Of a DNA stretch of 64,000 bases, positions 9,603-19,513 are shown piece by piece (position 1 is the first letter of the stretch; each line of letters begins with the position of its first letter). The notes below the pieces were generated by a model that was given only the letters and a program-made list of their open reading frames with translations, had not been told where the DNA came from and did no database searches. Origin of the DNA: Candidatus Lustribacter sp. (GTDB lineage: Bacteria; Vulcanimicrobiota; Vulcanimicrobiia; Vulcanimicrobiales; Vulcanimicrobiaceae); NCBI GenBank assembly GCA_965277805.1, contig OZ255842.1, positions 4,128,001 through 4,192,000 on the forward strand. The letters are read 5' to 3'. Both the position numbers and the translations under genes were made by a program.

Positions 9603-10755
9603 TCCAAAACCAGATGCCCCACAGGCCGGCCGCAACCGACCACGCGATCGCGATTTTGGCGAGCAGCGGGACGCGCATCGGCATGGCCAGCGCCATCAAG
9701 ACGACGACGAACGGTTCGAAATCGAGCGCGTGCCGCATGCCGAATTGCGCGTAACCGTTCACGTAGTAGATGAACGACGGCCCGGCCACGAGCAGCGTAG
9801 CGAGCCACAGACCGGCGACCAGCGGGCGCGGACGCCGCGCGAAGAGCGCGATGACGAGCGCCGGGCTCGTCCACGTCATCGCGACGCCGTTCAGCGTCGG
9901 CACGACGAACGGCCACGCGGCGAGAAACCGCGGACCTTGCCAGAAGAACGACCACAATTCATACGGGAAGTAGCGTAACTGGAACGGCGAACCGTCCGGC
10001 GAGCCCGCCGAATCCTGGTGATACCACGCGGTGTAGCCGATGTCGTACCAGACGCCCCAGCGATTGAGGTTGTAGATCACCCACAGCGCGGCGCCGAGCG
10101 CGATGACGGCGCCGAAGCCGATCGCGGCGCGGCGGCGTTCGCCGGCATCGCGATCGCGTAACGTGAGCCACGCGAACACCGGAATCGCCAGCACCAGCGA
10201 GAAGCGCGAGAACGCGGCGGCCACGAGCGCCAGCGCAATCAGCGATCCGCGTTTCTTCCCGGTGAGTTCGGCCAGCGCCAACAACGTGCACGCCACCGAC
10301 GCGACGTGCGCCATGAACCACACGTCGCCGAGCATCGCGCACCAGGCGAGCTGCGTTCCGGCGAAGAGAAACGCAGTGATCCAGACGTTGACCGTGCGGC
10401 TGACGCCGAGCTGTTCGCAGGTGCGCCAGCATGCGCCGGCCGCGACGCCGCACAACAGCAGCGCGAGCGTGGTTTGGTTGGCCGTGCCGAACACCGCGAC
10501 CCAGGGCAAGAGCGCGATCGCCGGAGTTGGACCCTCGATGATGTAGTAGCGATTGCCGAACGGCAGCGCGTCGATCCATGCCCCCGGCCACGCAATCGCG
10601 GTTTGGCCGTGCAAGAGCGCTTGCGCGAGCAGCACGTAACCGTTGTACGGCGAGCTGCGGCCGTGCGAGAAGATCGCCGCCAGCACGAACGCGAGCAGGC
10701 CGGCGGCGCAGGCCGGCGCGAGCGGCCAACGCGTCGCGACCTTAGCGAAGCGCAT
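9583..10755 (-). CDS. Polytopic membrane protein, GT-C-fold glycosyltransferase-like
   Basis: About 10 TM helices, N-terminal periplasmic loop, WVIYNLNRWG, QFGMRHALDF; family assignment is inference. Confidence 0.55.
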   Translation of the reverse strand: MRFAKVATRWPLAPACAAGLLAFVLAAIFSHGRSSPYNGYVLLAQALLHGQTAIAWPGAWIDALPFGNRYYIIEGPTPAIALLPWVAVFGTANQTTLALLLCGVAAGACWRTCEQLGVSRTVNVWITAFLFAGTQLAWCAMLGDVWFMAHVASVACTLLALAELTGKKRGSLIALALVAAAFSRFSLVLAIPVFAWLTLRDRDAGERRRAAIGFGAVIALGAALWVIYNLNRWGVWYDIGYTAWYHQDSAGSPDGSPFQLRYFPYELWSFFWQGPRFLAAWPFVVPTLNGVAMTWTSPALVIALFARRPRPLVAGLWLATLLVAGPSFIYYVNGYAQFGMRHALDFEPFVVVLMALAMPMRVPLLAKIAIAWSVAAGLWGIWFWNVFYRH

Positions 10756-12214
10756 ACAGATGCGGCGAGCCGTCGTCGAGCTCGCGGACGTGAAAGGCGG
10801 TGAACGTTTCGGGATCGTCGGAAATCACGACGATCGGATGCGCCGGCAGCCAGCGCCGGTAGCTCGGCTCGAACTCGTGCGGGCCGGCGGTGAGCACGAT
10901 GCGGTCGCCGAGGCCGTGCAGCACGTACGCGCCGTAGGCGAGCGTCGTCGCGTAGTTCCACGGCGCGACGATAATCGAGTGCAACGGCGTGACGGCAGTG
11001 ATGCGGGCGATGAAATCGCGCCCATCGTGCTGCGCCGGCTGCGCGAAGAGCTGCGAACTCGCGCTGAAGTCATTGCCGAGCAACGTGATCCACGCAAGCC
11101 CAACGACCGCCAGCGCGGCATAACGCGCGATGCCGTGCATTCCGGCGTCGAGCACGGCCACGCCGTAGCCGGCCGCCGCAACGAGCACGAAGAGCGCGGG
11201 CAAGTAGTAGCGCGTCGCTTCGGACTCGACCGGATACGCAGCGGTAAAGAGGATGGGCAGCAAGCCCAGCACGATGCCGCCCGCCAGCAGCAGCGGCGTG
11301 CGCCACCACAGCATCACGCCGCCGAACAGCGCGAGCCACGGTAACGCGCCGCCGAGATCGTGCGCGGCCAGCGGCGCGAAATTCTCGGCCACGCCGCGCA
11401 GCGCCGCCGGCGAAAACATGGCGATGACGGCTTGGTGCGGAGAGAAATCGCTGCCGGTTACGACGCGCGTGAAGCCCGCCCACGTTGCGGGATGTCCATC
11501 ATCCCAAAACGGCCGGCCGGGTGCGAGGCCGAGTGCGAGCGTCGGATCGAGGCGCGCGGCGGTGACGACAGCGCTGCGCACGGGGAGATACGCGTAGACC
11601 GCGATCACGGCGAGCGAGCCCGCCAGCGCGGCCGTCAGCGCGCGGCGCAACGGTACCCGGCGCGTCAAGAACATCAGCGCGAGGCCCGGCAGCGCGAGCA
11701 CCGTGCTGTTGTCGATCGTCAGCGCGGCAACGGTGGCAACGAGCGCCGCAATCGCATCGAACGTGATGCCGCTGCTGCTCCAGCGCGCCGCGTACACGGC
11801 TGCCCACGCGATCGCGCAGAAGCCGACCGGGTGCACGTCGACATAGGTCGCATGCGTCCACGGTATCGCGGCCAGCGCGAACGAGAGCGCGGCGCCGAAT
11901 CCGATCGCGGTCGCCGCACCGAGCGTGATCAAGAGCGCGGCCAAGGCCGCCGCCGTGCCCGCCGATTCGATTGCGGCGAGCACGTTGAGCCGCCAAGCAA
12001 CGCTACCAATGACGAAGATGTGACTCCACAGCCAACCCGCGAGGACGTAGCCCGGGAAGCCGGTCGGGTAGGGAATACCCAAGATGTACGGCACGGTCTG
12101 GAGATCGGCCGTGTCCCAGAACGAGACGTCGCCGCGCAGCGATGCGAGGTACACGCCCAGCGGCACCGCAAACGCGACGAGAATTGCAGTCGTCGAACGC
12201 AGGCGAGGACTCAA
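10742..12214 (-). CDS. DUF2723 / TMEM260-like GT-C membrane protein
   Basis: SFWDTADLQ..LGIPYPTGFPGY, AWRLNVL, YAYLPVRS, RYYLP. The track extension to 13198 is antisense to serA; TTG start at 12214 (or 12223). Confidence 0.75.
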   Translation of the reverse strand: MSPRLRSTTAILVAFAVPLGVYLASLRGDVSFWDTADLQTVPYILGIPYPTGFPGYVLAGWLWSHIFVIGSVAWRLNVLAAIESAGTAAALAALLITLGAATAIGFGAALSFALAAIPWTHATYVDVHPVGFCAIAWAAVYAARWSSSGITFDAIAALVATVAALTIDNSTVLALPGLALMFLTRRVPLRRALTAALAGSLAVIAVYAYLPVRSAVVTAARLDPTLALGLAPGRPFWDDGHPATWAGFTRVVTGSDFSPHQAVIAMFSPAALRGVAENFAPLAAHDLGGALPWLALFGGVMLWWRTPLLLAGGIVLGLLPILFTAAYPVESEATRYYLPALFVLVAAAGYGVAVLDAGMHGIARYAALAVVGLAWITLLGNDFSASSQLFAQPAQHDGRDFIARITAVTPLHSIIVAPWNYATTLAYGAYVLHGLGDRIVLTAGPHEFEPSYRRWLPAHPIVVISDDPETFTAFHVRELDDGSPHLYALR

Positions 12215-12236
12215 GAGCGACAAACTACGCTCGACG

Positions 12237-13832
12237 ATGGATCGTAGCCTGTCTAAGCGCGTCGTGGTCGCTGAATCGTTCGCCGAGCAAGGTCTCGCAA
12301 TTCTCCGTGAGGCCGGGATTACGGTCGACTCGATGGTCGGCCGCTCGCGCGACGACCTCAAGGCCTCGCTCGGCACCGCCGACGGGCTGATCGTGCGCTC
12401 GGAAACCCGCGTCGACCGCGATTTGCTCGCGGCCGGCCCGAAGCTGACCGTCGTGGCGCGGGCCGGCGTCGGCGTCGACTCGATCGACGTGCCGGCCGCA
12501 ACCGATGCCGGCGTCGTCGTGCTCAATACGCCGGCCGCGAACACGCTCTCGGCGGTCGAACTTACCTTCGGCTTAATGATCTCGCTTGCGCGCCACATCC
12601 CGCGCGCCGCGCAGTCGTTGCGCGAAGGACGCTGGGATCGTCTCAAACTCGTCGGCACCGAACTCGCCGGCAAGACGCTAGGCATCGTCGGCCTCGGCCG
12701 CATCGGCGGCAACGTCGCGACGCGCGCGCGCGCCTTCGGCATGCACGTGCAGACGCACGATCCGTACATCGCCTCGGCCCGGGCCGACGCGTTCGATACG
12801 AAACTGGTCGATCTCGAAACGCTGCTGCGCACATCGGATATCGTGACGCTGCACGTGCCGCTCAACGGCGAAACGCGCGGTCTGATCGATCTCGACAAAC
12901 TGCGCATGATGCAAAAGCATGCGTTCATCATCAATTGCGCGCGCGGCGGCGTGATTGTCGAAGATGCGCTGCTCGCAGCGCTCGACGAAGGCGCGATCGC
13001 GGGCGCCGCGATCGACGTCGTGGCGGTCGAACCTCCGCCACCCGACGGCATCGGGGCCAAACTGCACCAGCATCCGAAGCTGATTGCAACGCCGCACCTC
13101 GGCGGCTCGACCACCGAAGCGCTGGCGCGCATCGCGAACGAACTGGCGGAAGACGTCGCGCGCGTGCTGCTCGGTGCACCCGGCATGGGCGCGGTCAACG
13201 CACCTGTTCCCGACGGACCCGAAGCCGACCGCGTGCTGCCGTTCCTCGACGTCGCCTATCGCATGGGCCGCTTCTTTCCGCAGTTTGCCAGTGGCGACGC
13301 GCACGGCTCCTACGCGATGCAGCTGCAAGGCGATCTCACCGCGATTCCGGCCGATGCGTTCGTGCGCGCGTTTCTCTCGGGTCTGCTGCAAACGACCACC
13401 GACCGGCGCGTCTCGATCGTGAACGCCGAGAGCATCGCGGCGGAACTCGGCATCCGCGTCGAAGCGCGGCCCGATGCATCGCCCACGCCGTACGCCGGCG
13501 CGCTGCGCGTCACCGGCGGCTCGATGACGGTCACCGGCACGTCGGTCAACGGCAGCCCGCGCATCGTCGAGGCCGGCGGCTTCGAGATCGACGCGCCGCC
13601 GATCGGCGACATGATCGTTACCCAGCATCACGACGTGCCCGGCATGATCGGCCGCGTCGGCACGATCATCGGTGACGCGTCGGTGAACATCTCGACGATG
13701 CAGGTGTCGCGCAACGCGATCGGCGGCGACGCGATCATGGTGCTCGGCATCGATCGTCCGGCCGACGACGCGACGCTCGCCGCGCTGCGCGGGATTCCCG
13801 GCGTGCATTCGGTGCGCTCGCTCTCGCTCTGA
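12237..13832 (+). CDS. serA: D-3-phosphoglycerate dehydrogenase with C-terminal ACT domain
   Basis: LIVRS, RAGVGVDSID, GLGRIG, INCARGG, TPHLGGST, HHDVPGMIGRVG (ACT). Start at ATG 12237. Confidence 0.95.
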   Translation: MDRSLSKRVVVAESFAEQGLAILREAGITVDSMVGRSRDDLKASLGTADGLIVRSETRVDRDLLAAGPKLTVVARAGVGVDSIDVPAATDAGVVVLNTPAANTLSAVELTFGLMISLARHIPRAAQSLREGRWDRLKLVGTELAGKTLGIVGLGRIGGNVATRARAFGMHVQTHDPYIASARADAFDTKLVDLETLLRTSDIVTLHVPLNGETRGLIDLDKLRMMQKHAFIINCARGGVIVEDALLAALDEGAIAGAAIDVVAVEPPPPDGIGAKLHQHPKLIATPHLGGSTTEALARIANELAEDVARVLLGAPGMGAVNAPVPDGPEADRVLPFLDVAYRMGRFFPQFASGDAHGSYAMQLQGDLTAIPADAFVRAFLSGLLQTTTDRRVSIVNAESIAAELGIRVEARPDASPTPYAGALRVTGGSMTVTGTSVNGSPRIVEAGGFEIDAPPIGDMIVTQHHDVPGMIGRVGTIIGDASVNISTMQVSRNAIGGDAIMVLGIDRPADDATLAALRGIPGVHSVRSLSL

Positions 13833-13834
13833 TC

Positions 13835-14467
13835 GTGAAGCTGTACATCGCACGCCACGCCGAGACGACGTGGAATCTGGCCGGCCGCTATCAGGGCCGT
13901 CGCGAATCCGCGCTCTCGGCGCGCGGCATTCAACAAGGCTTCGCGCTCGCGGAAGCGTTCGCGCACGCCGATCCCGCACCGGTGCGCATCATCGCAAGCC
14001 CGATGCAGCGCACGCGCGCAACCGCAACGTTCGTCGCCGAGCGCCTCAACGTGCCGCTCGAAACCGACGATGCGCTAATCGAGATCGCGCACGGAACATG
14101 GGAAGGCCGCTTGCGCGATGAGATCGCCGCGAACGATCCGGCGCGTTATACGACGTGGCGCGAACGTCCGGCCGAAGTGGCGTTCGAAGAGGGCGAATCG
14201 CTCGAAGACGTCGCCGGCCGCTGGAAACGTTTCCGCGCGCACCTGCGCGTCGACACGCCGACGCTCTTGGTCACACACGACGCGATCGTACGCGCCGCCC
14301 TGCTCGACATCGCCGCCCGCCCGCTCAGCGATTTCTGGCAGATCCGCGTCGAAAACGCCGCCTACGCCATCGTCGAAGCCGAAGGCCCCCAGTGGACCCT
14401 GCTCGACGAATCCGTCAACACCCACCTCGCCGGAGACCGCGCAGAAATCGCCACCCAAGCGCTGTAA
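13835..14467 (+). CDS. Histidine phosphatase, probable metal-independent phosphoserine phosphatase (PspA-like)
   Basis: RHAET, SPMQRT, EIAHGTWEG, VTHD, C-terminal NTHL; 2 nt downstream of serA. Confidence 0.75.
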   Translation: MKLYIARHAETTWNLAGRYQGRRESALSARGIQQGFALAEAFAHADPAPVRIIASPMQRTRATATFVAERLNVPLETDDALIEIAHGTWEGRLRDEIAANDPARYTTWRERPAEVAFEEGESLEDVAGRWKRFRAHLRVDTPTLLVTHDAIVRAALLDIAARPLSDFWQIRVENAAYAIVEAEGPQWTLLDESVNTHLAGDRAEIATQAL

Positions 14468-14489
14468 CTCCCGCTTTTGTATTGTTGGT

Positions 14490-14984
14490 CTAGGCAGTGA
14501 CCTCGTGGAGGTGGCCGGTTTCTACTTCGTACACGAAGCCTCGGATGTTGTCGCGGTGGGGGAGTAGGGGGTGTTCGCGGACGCGGATGATCGCGCGGCG
14601 GACCGCGGCGTTGACGTCGGTGAAGCTGCCGAACGCGTAGGGCGCATCGTGGTCGGTTTCGGCGATGAGTTCCGCGCGCAGGGCGGGTTCATCCAAGTTA
14701 TGCAAGCCGCAGTTCGTGTGGTGCATCAGGATGATCTCGCGCGTTTTCAGACGTCGCTGGGAAAGCACGAGCGAACGCAGCATGTCGTCGGTAATCGTGC
14801 CGCCGGCGTTGCGTAAGATGTGCGCTTGTCCCGAGTCGAGTCCGAAGATGCGAAAGGTGTCGATGCGCGAGTCCATACACGTCACGAGCGCGACGTGCAT
14901 GGAGGGAATTTGGGCGCGTGGCCCTTCGAACTCGCTCTCGTGCTCCTTGGCACTGGCGACGAGTTCGTCAATCGCGGAAGCCAT
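14490..14984 (-). CDS. Beta-class carbonic anhydrase (clade D-like)
   Basis: CMDSR, RNAGG, HHTNCG Zn ligands, GFVYEVETG. Real start MASAID at 14984. Confidence 0.9.
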   Translation of the reverse strand: MASAIDELVASAKEHESEFEGPRAQIPSMHVALVTCMDSRIDTFRIFGLDSGQAHILRNAGGTITDDMLRSLVLSQRRLKTREIILMHHTNCGLHNLDEPALRAELIAETDHDAPYAFGSFTDVNAAVRRAIIRVREHPLLPHRDNIRGFVYEVETGHLHEVTA

Positions 14985-15022
14985 CCCGAAGGGTTGGCCG
15001 TCCTCAGTCGGCCGCCTTCGAC

Positions 15023-16093
15023 TTAATGAACGAGTTTTTCGAGAACGGCTTCTTCGTGCGCTGCGCGCCCGGCGTTGTAGCGGTCGCGGAAGACGCGCCG
15101 CCACTGCAGGCCGCCGCGGTCGTTGTTGATGCTCAGTTCTTGCCAGCCGCCTTCGGCCGGTAAATTTTCTTCCAGCGCTTCGAGCGCTTCGAGGTCTTCG
15201 CCGAGGACGGTGTTCTGGCTGAGGATGCCGCTGCGCTGGGCCCACGGCGCGCGTTCGTTTTTCGCGGGCCGCGCGATCACCCAGAAATCGTGCGTGCTGG
15301 TGCGCGTCTCCGGTGTCAGCGAATAGATGACTTTGCTGAAGAACGCCTGATCGTCGGGGGCTCCGACCGGCGCGACCCGTACGTGCAGCGTGTACTGCGA
15401 GGGGACGTCGTACTCGATGTCTTGCCAGCGGTCGATGTTCTCCGTGATGCCCGTGCTTTGCCGGTAGAACGGCGGCGCCGGTACGTTTTCCATATGCCGG
15501 AAGCAGCGTACGACGTGTCCCTCGACTTCGGTGCGAATCGGGGTGTCCGCGACCTCTTCGCTGCCGATCGTCGAGGCGTGAATGAACGTCTCGTGCGAGA
15601 GGTCCATCAGGTTGTCGATCAAGAGAGCGTAACGGGCTTTGATCGTCCGCATGTCCTTGATGAGGCGCCATTCGGGATCGGTCGTCCAGTGGTGATCGGG
15701 AATCTTGGCGGGATCCGCGTTGGCGGGATCACCCATCCAGATCCAAACGTACGGTCCGCTTTCCACCAGCGGATACGCTTTAACGCGCGCGCTCTTCGGC
15801 ACGTTGGCCTGCCCCGGCACCCAGTTGCACGCGCCGTCGGGGCCGTACTTGAAGCCGTGATAACCGCAGACGATGCTGTCGCCGTCGAGCTTGCCGCGCG
15901 AGAGCGGGTAAGCACGGTGAACGCAACGGTCGGAGAGCGCGACCGGCGTGCCGTCGGCCTGCCGGTACATCACGACCGGTTCCTCGAGGAAAATCCGGCG
16001 CAGCGGCGCGCGAATGATCTCCTCGCCCCAGGCGGCCACATACCAAGCCTCGTGGATGAAGGCTTCGGGAAGATTCGAGCGCGGATTGAGCAT
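15023..16093 (-). CDS. Rieske non-heme iron oxygenase alpha subunit, VanA (O-demethylase)-like
   Basis: WYVAAW, CVHR...CGYHG Rieske motif, DNLMDLSHETFIH iron motif, TPET. Confidence 0.88.
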   Translation of the reverse strand: MLNPRSNLPEAFIHEAWYVAAWGEEIIRAPLRRIFLEEPVVMYRQADGTPVALSDRCVHRAYPLSRGKLDGDSIVCGYHGFKYGPDGACNWVPGQANVPKSARVKAYPLVESGPYVWIWMGDPANADPAKIPDHHWTTDPEWRLIKDMRTIKARYALLIDNLMDLSHETFIHASTIGSEEVADTPIRTEVEGHVVRCFRHMENVPAPPFYRQSTGITENIDRWQDIEYDVPSQYTLHVRVAPVGAPDDQAFFSKVIYSLTPETRTSTHDFWVIARPAKNERAPWAQRSGILSQNTVLGEDLEALEALEENLPAEGGWQELSINNDRGGLQWRRVFRDRYNAGRAAHEEAVLEKLVH

Positions 16094-16147
16094 GCTCAAT
16101 TATTCGGGATCGGCCGGGTTTTACCCCTGACGCGCCCTCTATCGACC

Positions 16148-16870
16148 CTACATCCGGGGCGGGGCGAACGACGGCAGCGGCCGGGGGGTCGCGAACGTCG
16201 AGGCCCCGAGCGAGACCGGGAACCGGTAGCGGTAGAACGACAGGTGCTCGATCGTCCGGTACTTGCCGACGGTGGCGGTCGCGGTCGCGGAGGTCGCCAC
16301 CCAGTACTTTTGCACGCGCCCGAAGCTGACGCTGCCGCGGCCGGCGTGCACCTTGGTCGAAAAGCGGATGGCGTTGGGCAGCGCGGTCACGCCGTCGATC
16401 GTCACCTGCTCGATCCGCACGTCGGACGGGCTGCGCGGCATCGTCGCAAAGACTTCGTCGACGTGGTGGGCGTCGCGGACGGTCCCGATGTAGCGGAACG
16501 TGTAGGCTTCCGGCCGCGGCGCGAGCGCTTCGATCGCGTACCGGTTGCGGTGGCCGAGAAAGATGTGGATACCCGGCGGGTTGAGCGTCTTGCCGTCGGC
16601 CGTGAGCAGTTCGTCGCGCTCGGAGAGGCCGCTGCGAAACACGCGGTGCGTTTGCTGGATGTCGTGCGCGCCGGTTTGGTCGAGCGAATATTCGAACGAG
16701 AGCACGCGCGGCGTGGGATTGGCGGCCAGCGCCACGGCGTAACGCGTCAGCATCGAAGCGGGCGCTACGGCCGGCGCCGGCGTCGACCGCGCATGCAGCG
16801 GCGGAATGTCCGGCGGTGCCGTCGGCGGACTCGTCGCCGTCAGCGCCGCAGCGAGCAGAACCGCGATCAC
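16148..16870 (-). CDS. Hypothetical exported protein
   Basis: Signal peptide, Pro-rich linker, beta-rich body; GTGA overlap with the alaS stop. Confidence 0.65.
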   Translation of the reverse strand: MIAVLLAAALTATSPPTAPPDIPPLHARSTPAPAVAPASMLTRYAVALAANPTPRVLSFEYSLDQTGAHDIQQTHRVFRSGLSERDELLTADGKTLNPPGIHIFLGHRNRYAIEALAPRPEAYTFRYIGTVRDAHHVDEVFATMPRSPSDVRIEQVTIDGVTALPNAIRFSTKVHAGRGSVSFGRVQKYWVATSATATATVGKYRTIEHLSFYRYRFPVSLGASTFATPRPLPSFAPPRM

Positions 16871-19482
16871 GGCGTTGCGCGCAACGCGTCGACCATCGCG
16901 GCCAGCGCGGCCGCGGCACCGGAAACCATGCGTCCGCCGCCCTGTGCCTGCGCGGGCGCGCCGCCGCCTTTGCCGCCGACGTGCGACGCGGCCGCCTTCA
17001 CCAGGTTGCCGGCATGCACGCCGGCCTTCACCGCATCGTCGCTTGCGCCGGCAAAGATCGACGCGCTTTCACCGTCGGTACCAACCAGCGCGATCACACC
17101 GTGCGGCAGCTTCGCCCGGATCGCATTCGCGAGCGCGCGCAGCGACGCTGCATCGGCTTCGGGCACGATCGCCGCCACGACCGTGTGCGCGCCCACCTTC
17201 TCTGCGCGTTCGACGTAGGCTAGCGCGTCGGCCGCGGCGAGCCGCGCCTTGAGGTCGCCGAAGGCTTTCTGCAGATCGCGCACGTCGTTTTGCAGACGCG
17301 CCACGCGTTCCACGACATCGTCGGGCTTGGTGGCCAGCGTTTCCGCGAGCTGCGCGACCGTGTCGCTGGTGCGCTCGACGATCGCCTCGGCCGCGCGCGA
17401 CACTGCGCCCTCGATGCGCCGCACGCCCGTACCGATCGACGACTCCGAGATCAGCACGAACATACCGAGCTCACCGGTCGAGTGGGCGTGCGTGCCGCCG
17501 CAGAATTCCACCGCCGGCCCGGCCGATACGACGCGCACCACCTCGCCGTACTTCTCGCCCGCCATCGTGATCGCACCGGTGGCCATCGCTTCGCCGATTG
17601 GAAGCTCGCGCGTTTCGAGGTGATGATCTTCGCGGATCATCTCGTTCACACGCTGCACGACGCGCCGCTTCTGTTCGGCGCTGAGCGCGCCGCCGGGACT
17701 GCGGAAGTCGAAGCGCATGCGGTCGATTCCGACCCACGATCCGGCTTGCACCACCTCGTTGCCCAGCACGTCGCGCAGCGCGTGCTGCAGTAAATGCGCC
17801 GAGGTGTGGTGGCGGCGAATCTCCGCGCGCCATTCGGGAAAGACCAGCGTCTGCACCGTATCGCCGACCGCAAACGCGCCGCGCCGAACGACGCCGTGGT
17901 GCACGATCGCGTCGTGCGCGGTTTGCGTATCGGTAACGTCGAAGCCGTTTTCACCGGCCACGATCTCGCCGCGATCGCCGATCTGGCCGCCCTTCTCGGC
18001 GTAGAACGCCGTGCGGTCGAGGATCAGCTGTGCGCTCGCGCCCTGCTCGACTCGCTCGACCGACGCGCCGTCGACGAGGATCGCGACGATCGTGCCCTGC
18101 GCCGAGAGCCCGCTGTAGCCCGCGAACTCGCTGCGCACCGACGGCAGTTCGCTCACCGTGACCGTCGCGCGTTTGGCCGCGGCGTCGGCACGCGCGCGGC
18201 TGCGCTGTTCGTTCATCTTTTCATCGAACCCGGCGGTGTCGACGGCGACGCCGCCTTCGGCCGCGATCTCGCGCGTCAACTCGGCCGGAAAACCGTACGT
18301 GTCGTGCAGGGTGAACACGTCCTCGCCGCTGAGCAGCATCGTGCAGTCGACGATCGCTTCGGAAATCAGCGCATCGAGCATCGCGCTGCCGTGATCGAGC
18401 GTGCGCACGAACGTCTTCTCTTCGTTGCGCAACGCGTTCTGCACGTCGTTCAGGCGGCCGGACAATTCCGGATAGCCCGACTTGAGCGAAGCCACGACCG
18501 CGCCGGCGAGTTCCGCCATGAACTCACGCGGATAGCCGAGCAGCCGGCCTTGGCGGATCGCGCGGCGGATTAGGAAGCGCAGCACGTAGCCGCGATCCGT
18601 GTTCGAGGGATAGACGCCGTCCGCGATCAGGAACGTCACGGCGCGCGCGTGGTCGGCGATGATGTTGCGGCGCGCTAACTGTTCGCTTGGCACGAGCGAG
18701 GTCGTGCCGATGCTGGGCTGCGCGGCGATCAAATCGGTGAAGAGATCGGTCTCGTACATCGACGCTTTGCCGTTGACGAGCGCGAGGATGCGCTCGAAAC
18801 CCATGCCGGTGTCGATCGCCTTGCGCGGCAGATCGCTTAGCACGCCGTCGGCGCCGCGATTATATTGCTGGAACACGACGTTCCAAAACTCGACAAAGCG
18901 GTCGCCTTTGTTCGGGCCGTCGTCATCCGGACCCGACGCGTACGCCGGACCGTTGTCGTAGAAGATCTCGGTGCACGGACCGCACGGACCGGTCGCACCC
19001 ATCGTCCAGAAGTTGTCGTCGTCGTGGCGTGAGATGCGCGAGGACGCGAGGCCGATCTCGCGCTCCCAGATGTTCTGCGCTTCGTCGTCGCTGGTGTGCA
19101 CGGTGACGTAGAGTTTTTCTTTGTCGAGCTTCCAAACGTTGGTGGCGAGGTCCCATGCGAAGCCGATCGCCTCACGCTTGTAGTAGTCGCCGAACGAGAA
19201 GTTGCCGAGCATCTCGAGGAACGTGCCGTGGCGTCCGGTGCGGCCGACGTTCTCGATATCGCTCTTGGCCCCGGCCACGCGCAAGCAGCGCTGGACGGTG
19301 ACCGCGCGGGGCGCCGGCGGCGCCTCCTCACCGAGAAATACGGGGACGAACTGCTCCATGCCGGCGATCGTGAACAGCGTCGTGCTCATCGCATCGGGAA
19401 TGAGCGACGCGGACGCCAGATGCGTATGCCCCTGGCGTACGAAATAGTCGACGAAGCTCGAACGAAGTTCCTGAGACCGCAT
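16867..19482 (-). CDS. alaS: Alanine--tRNA ligase
   Basis: LFTIAGM, EMLGNFSFGDYYK, GPCGPC, IDTGMGFER, HHTSAH, EFCGGTH, GKGGG. Confidence 0.98.
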   Translation of the reverse strand: MRSQELRSSFVDYFVRQGHTHLASASLIPDAMSTTLFTIAGMEQFVPVFLGEEAPPAPRAVTVQRCLRVAGAKSDIENVGRTGRHGTFLEMLGNFSFGDYYKREAIGFAWDLATNVWKLDKEKLYVTVHTSDDEAQNIWEREIGLASSRISRHDDDNFWTMGATGPCGPCTEIFYDNGPAYASGPDDDGPNKGDRFVEFWNVVFQQYNRGADGVLSDLPRKAIDTGMGFERILALVNGKASMYETDLFTDLIAAQPSIGTTSLVPSEQLARRNIIADHARAVTFLIADGVYPSNTDRGYVLRFLIRRAIRQGRLLGYPREFMAELAGAVVASLKSGYPELSGRLNDVQNALRNEEKTFVRTLDHGSAMLDALISEAIVDCTMLLSGEDVFTLHDTYGFPAELTREIAAEGGVAVDTAGFDEKMNEQRSRARADAAAKRATVTVSELPSVRSEFAGYSGLSAQGTIVAILVDGASVERVEQGASAQLILDRTAFYAEKGGQIGDRGEIVAGENGFDVTDTQTAHDAIVHHGVVRRGAFAVGDTVQTLVFPEWRAEIRRHHTSAHLLQHALRDVLGNEVVQAGSWVGIDRMRFDFRSPGGALSAEQKRRVVQRVNEMIREDHHLETRELPIGEAMATGAITMAGEKYGEVVRVVSAGPAVEFCGGTHAHSTGELGMFVLISESSIGTGVRRIEGAVSRAAEAIVERTSDTVAQLAETLATKPDDVVERVARLQNDVRDLQKAFGDLKARLAAADALAYVERAEKVGAHTVVAAIVPEADAASLRALANAIRAKLPHGVIALVGTDGESASIFAGASDDAVKAGVHAGNLVKAAASHVGGKGGGAPAQAQGGGRMVSGAAAALAAMVDALRATP

Positions 19483-19513
19483 AATCAGCCGACCGTGTTC
19501 GCCACGCCCGGCC

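Noticed and set aside
12215-13198. 818-aa version of the DUF2723 ORF
   Set aside because: The extension is the antisense shadow of serA.
14400-14620. C-rich/G-rich strand skew at the convergent ends of the phosphatase and carbonic anhydrase genes
   Set aside because: Could reflect Rho utilisation sites, but it is not quantifiable by eye and is common at convergent ends.
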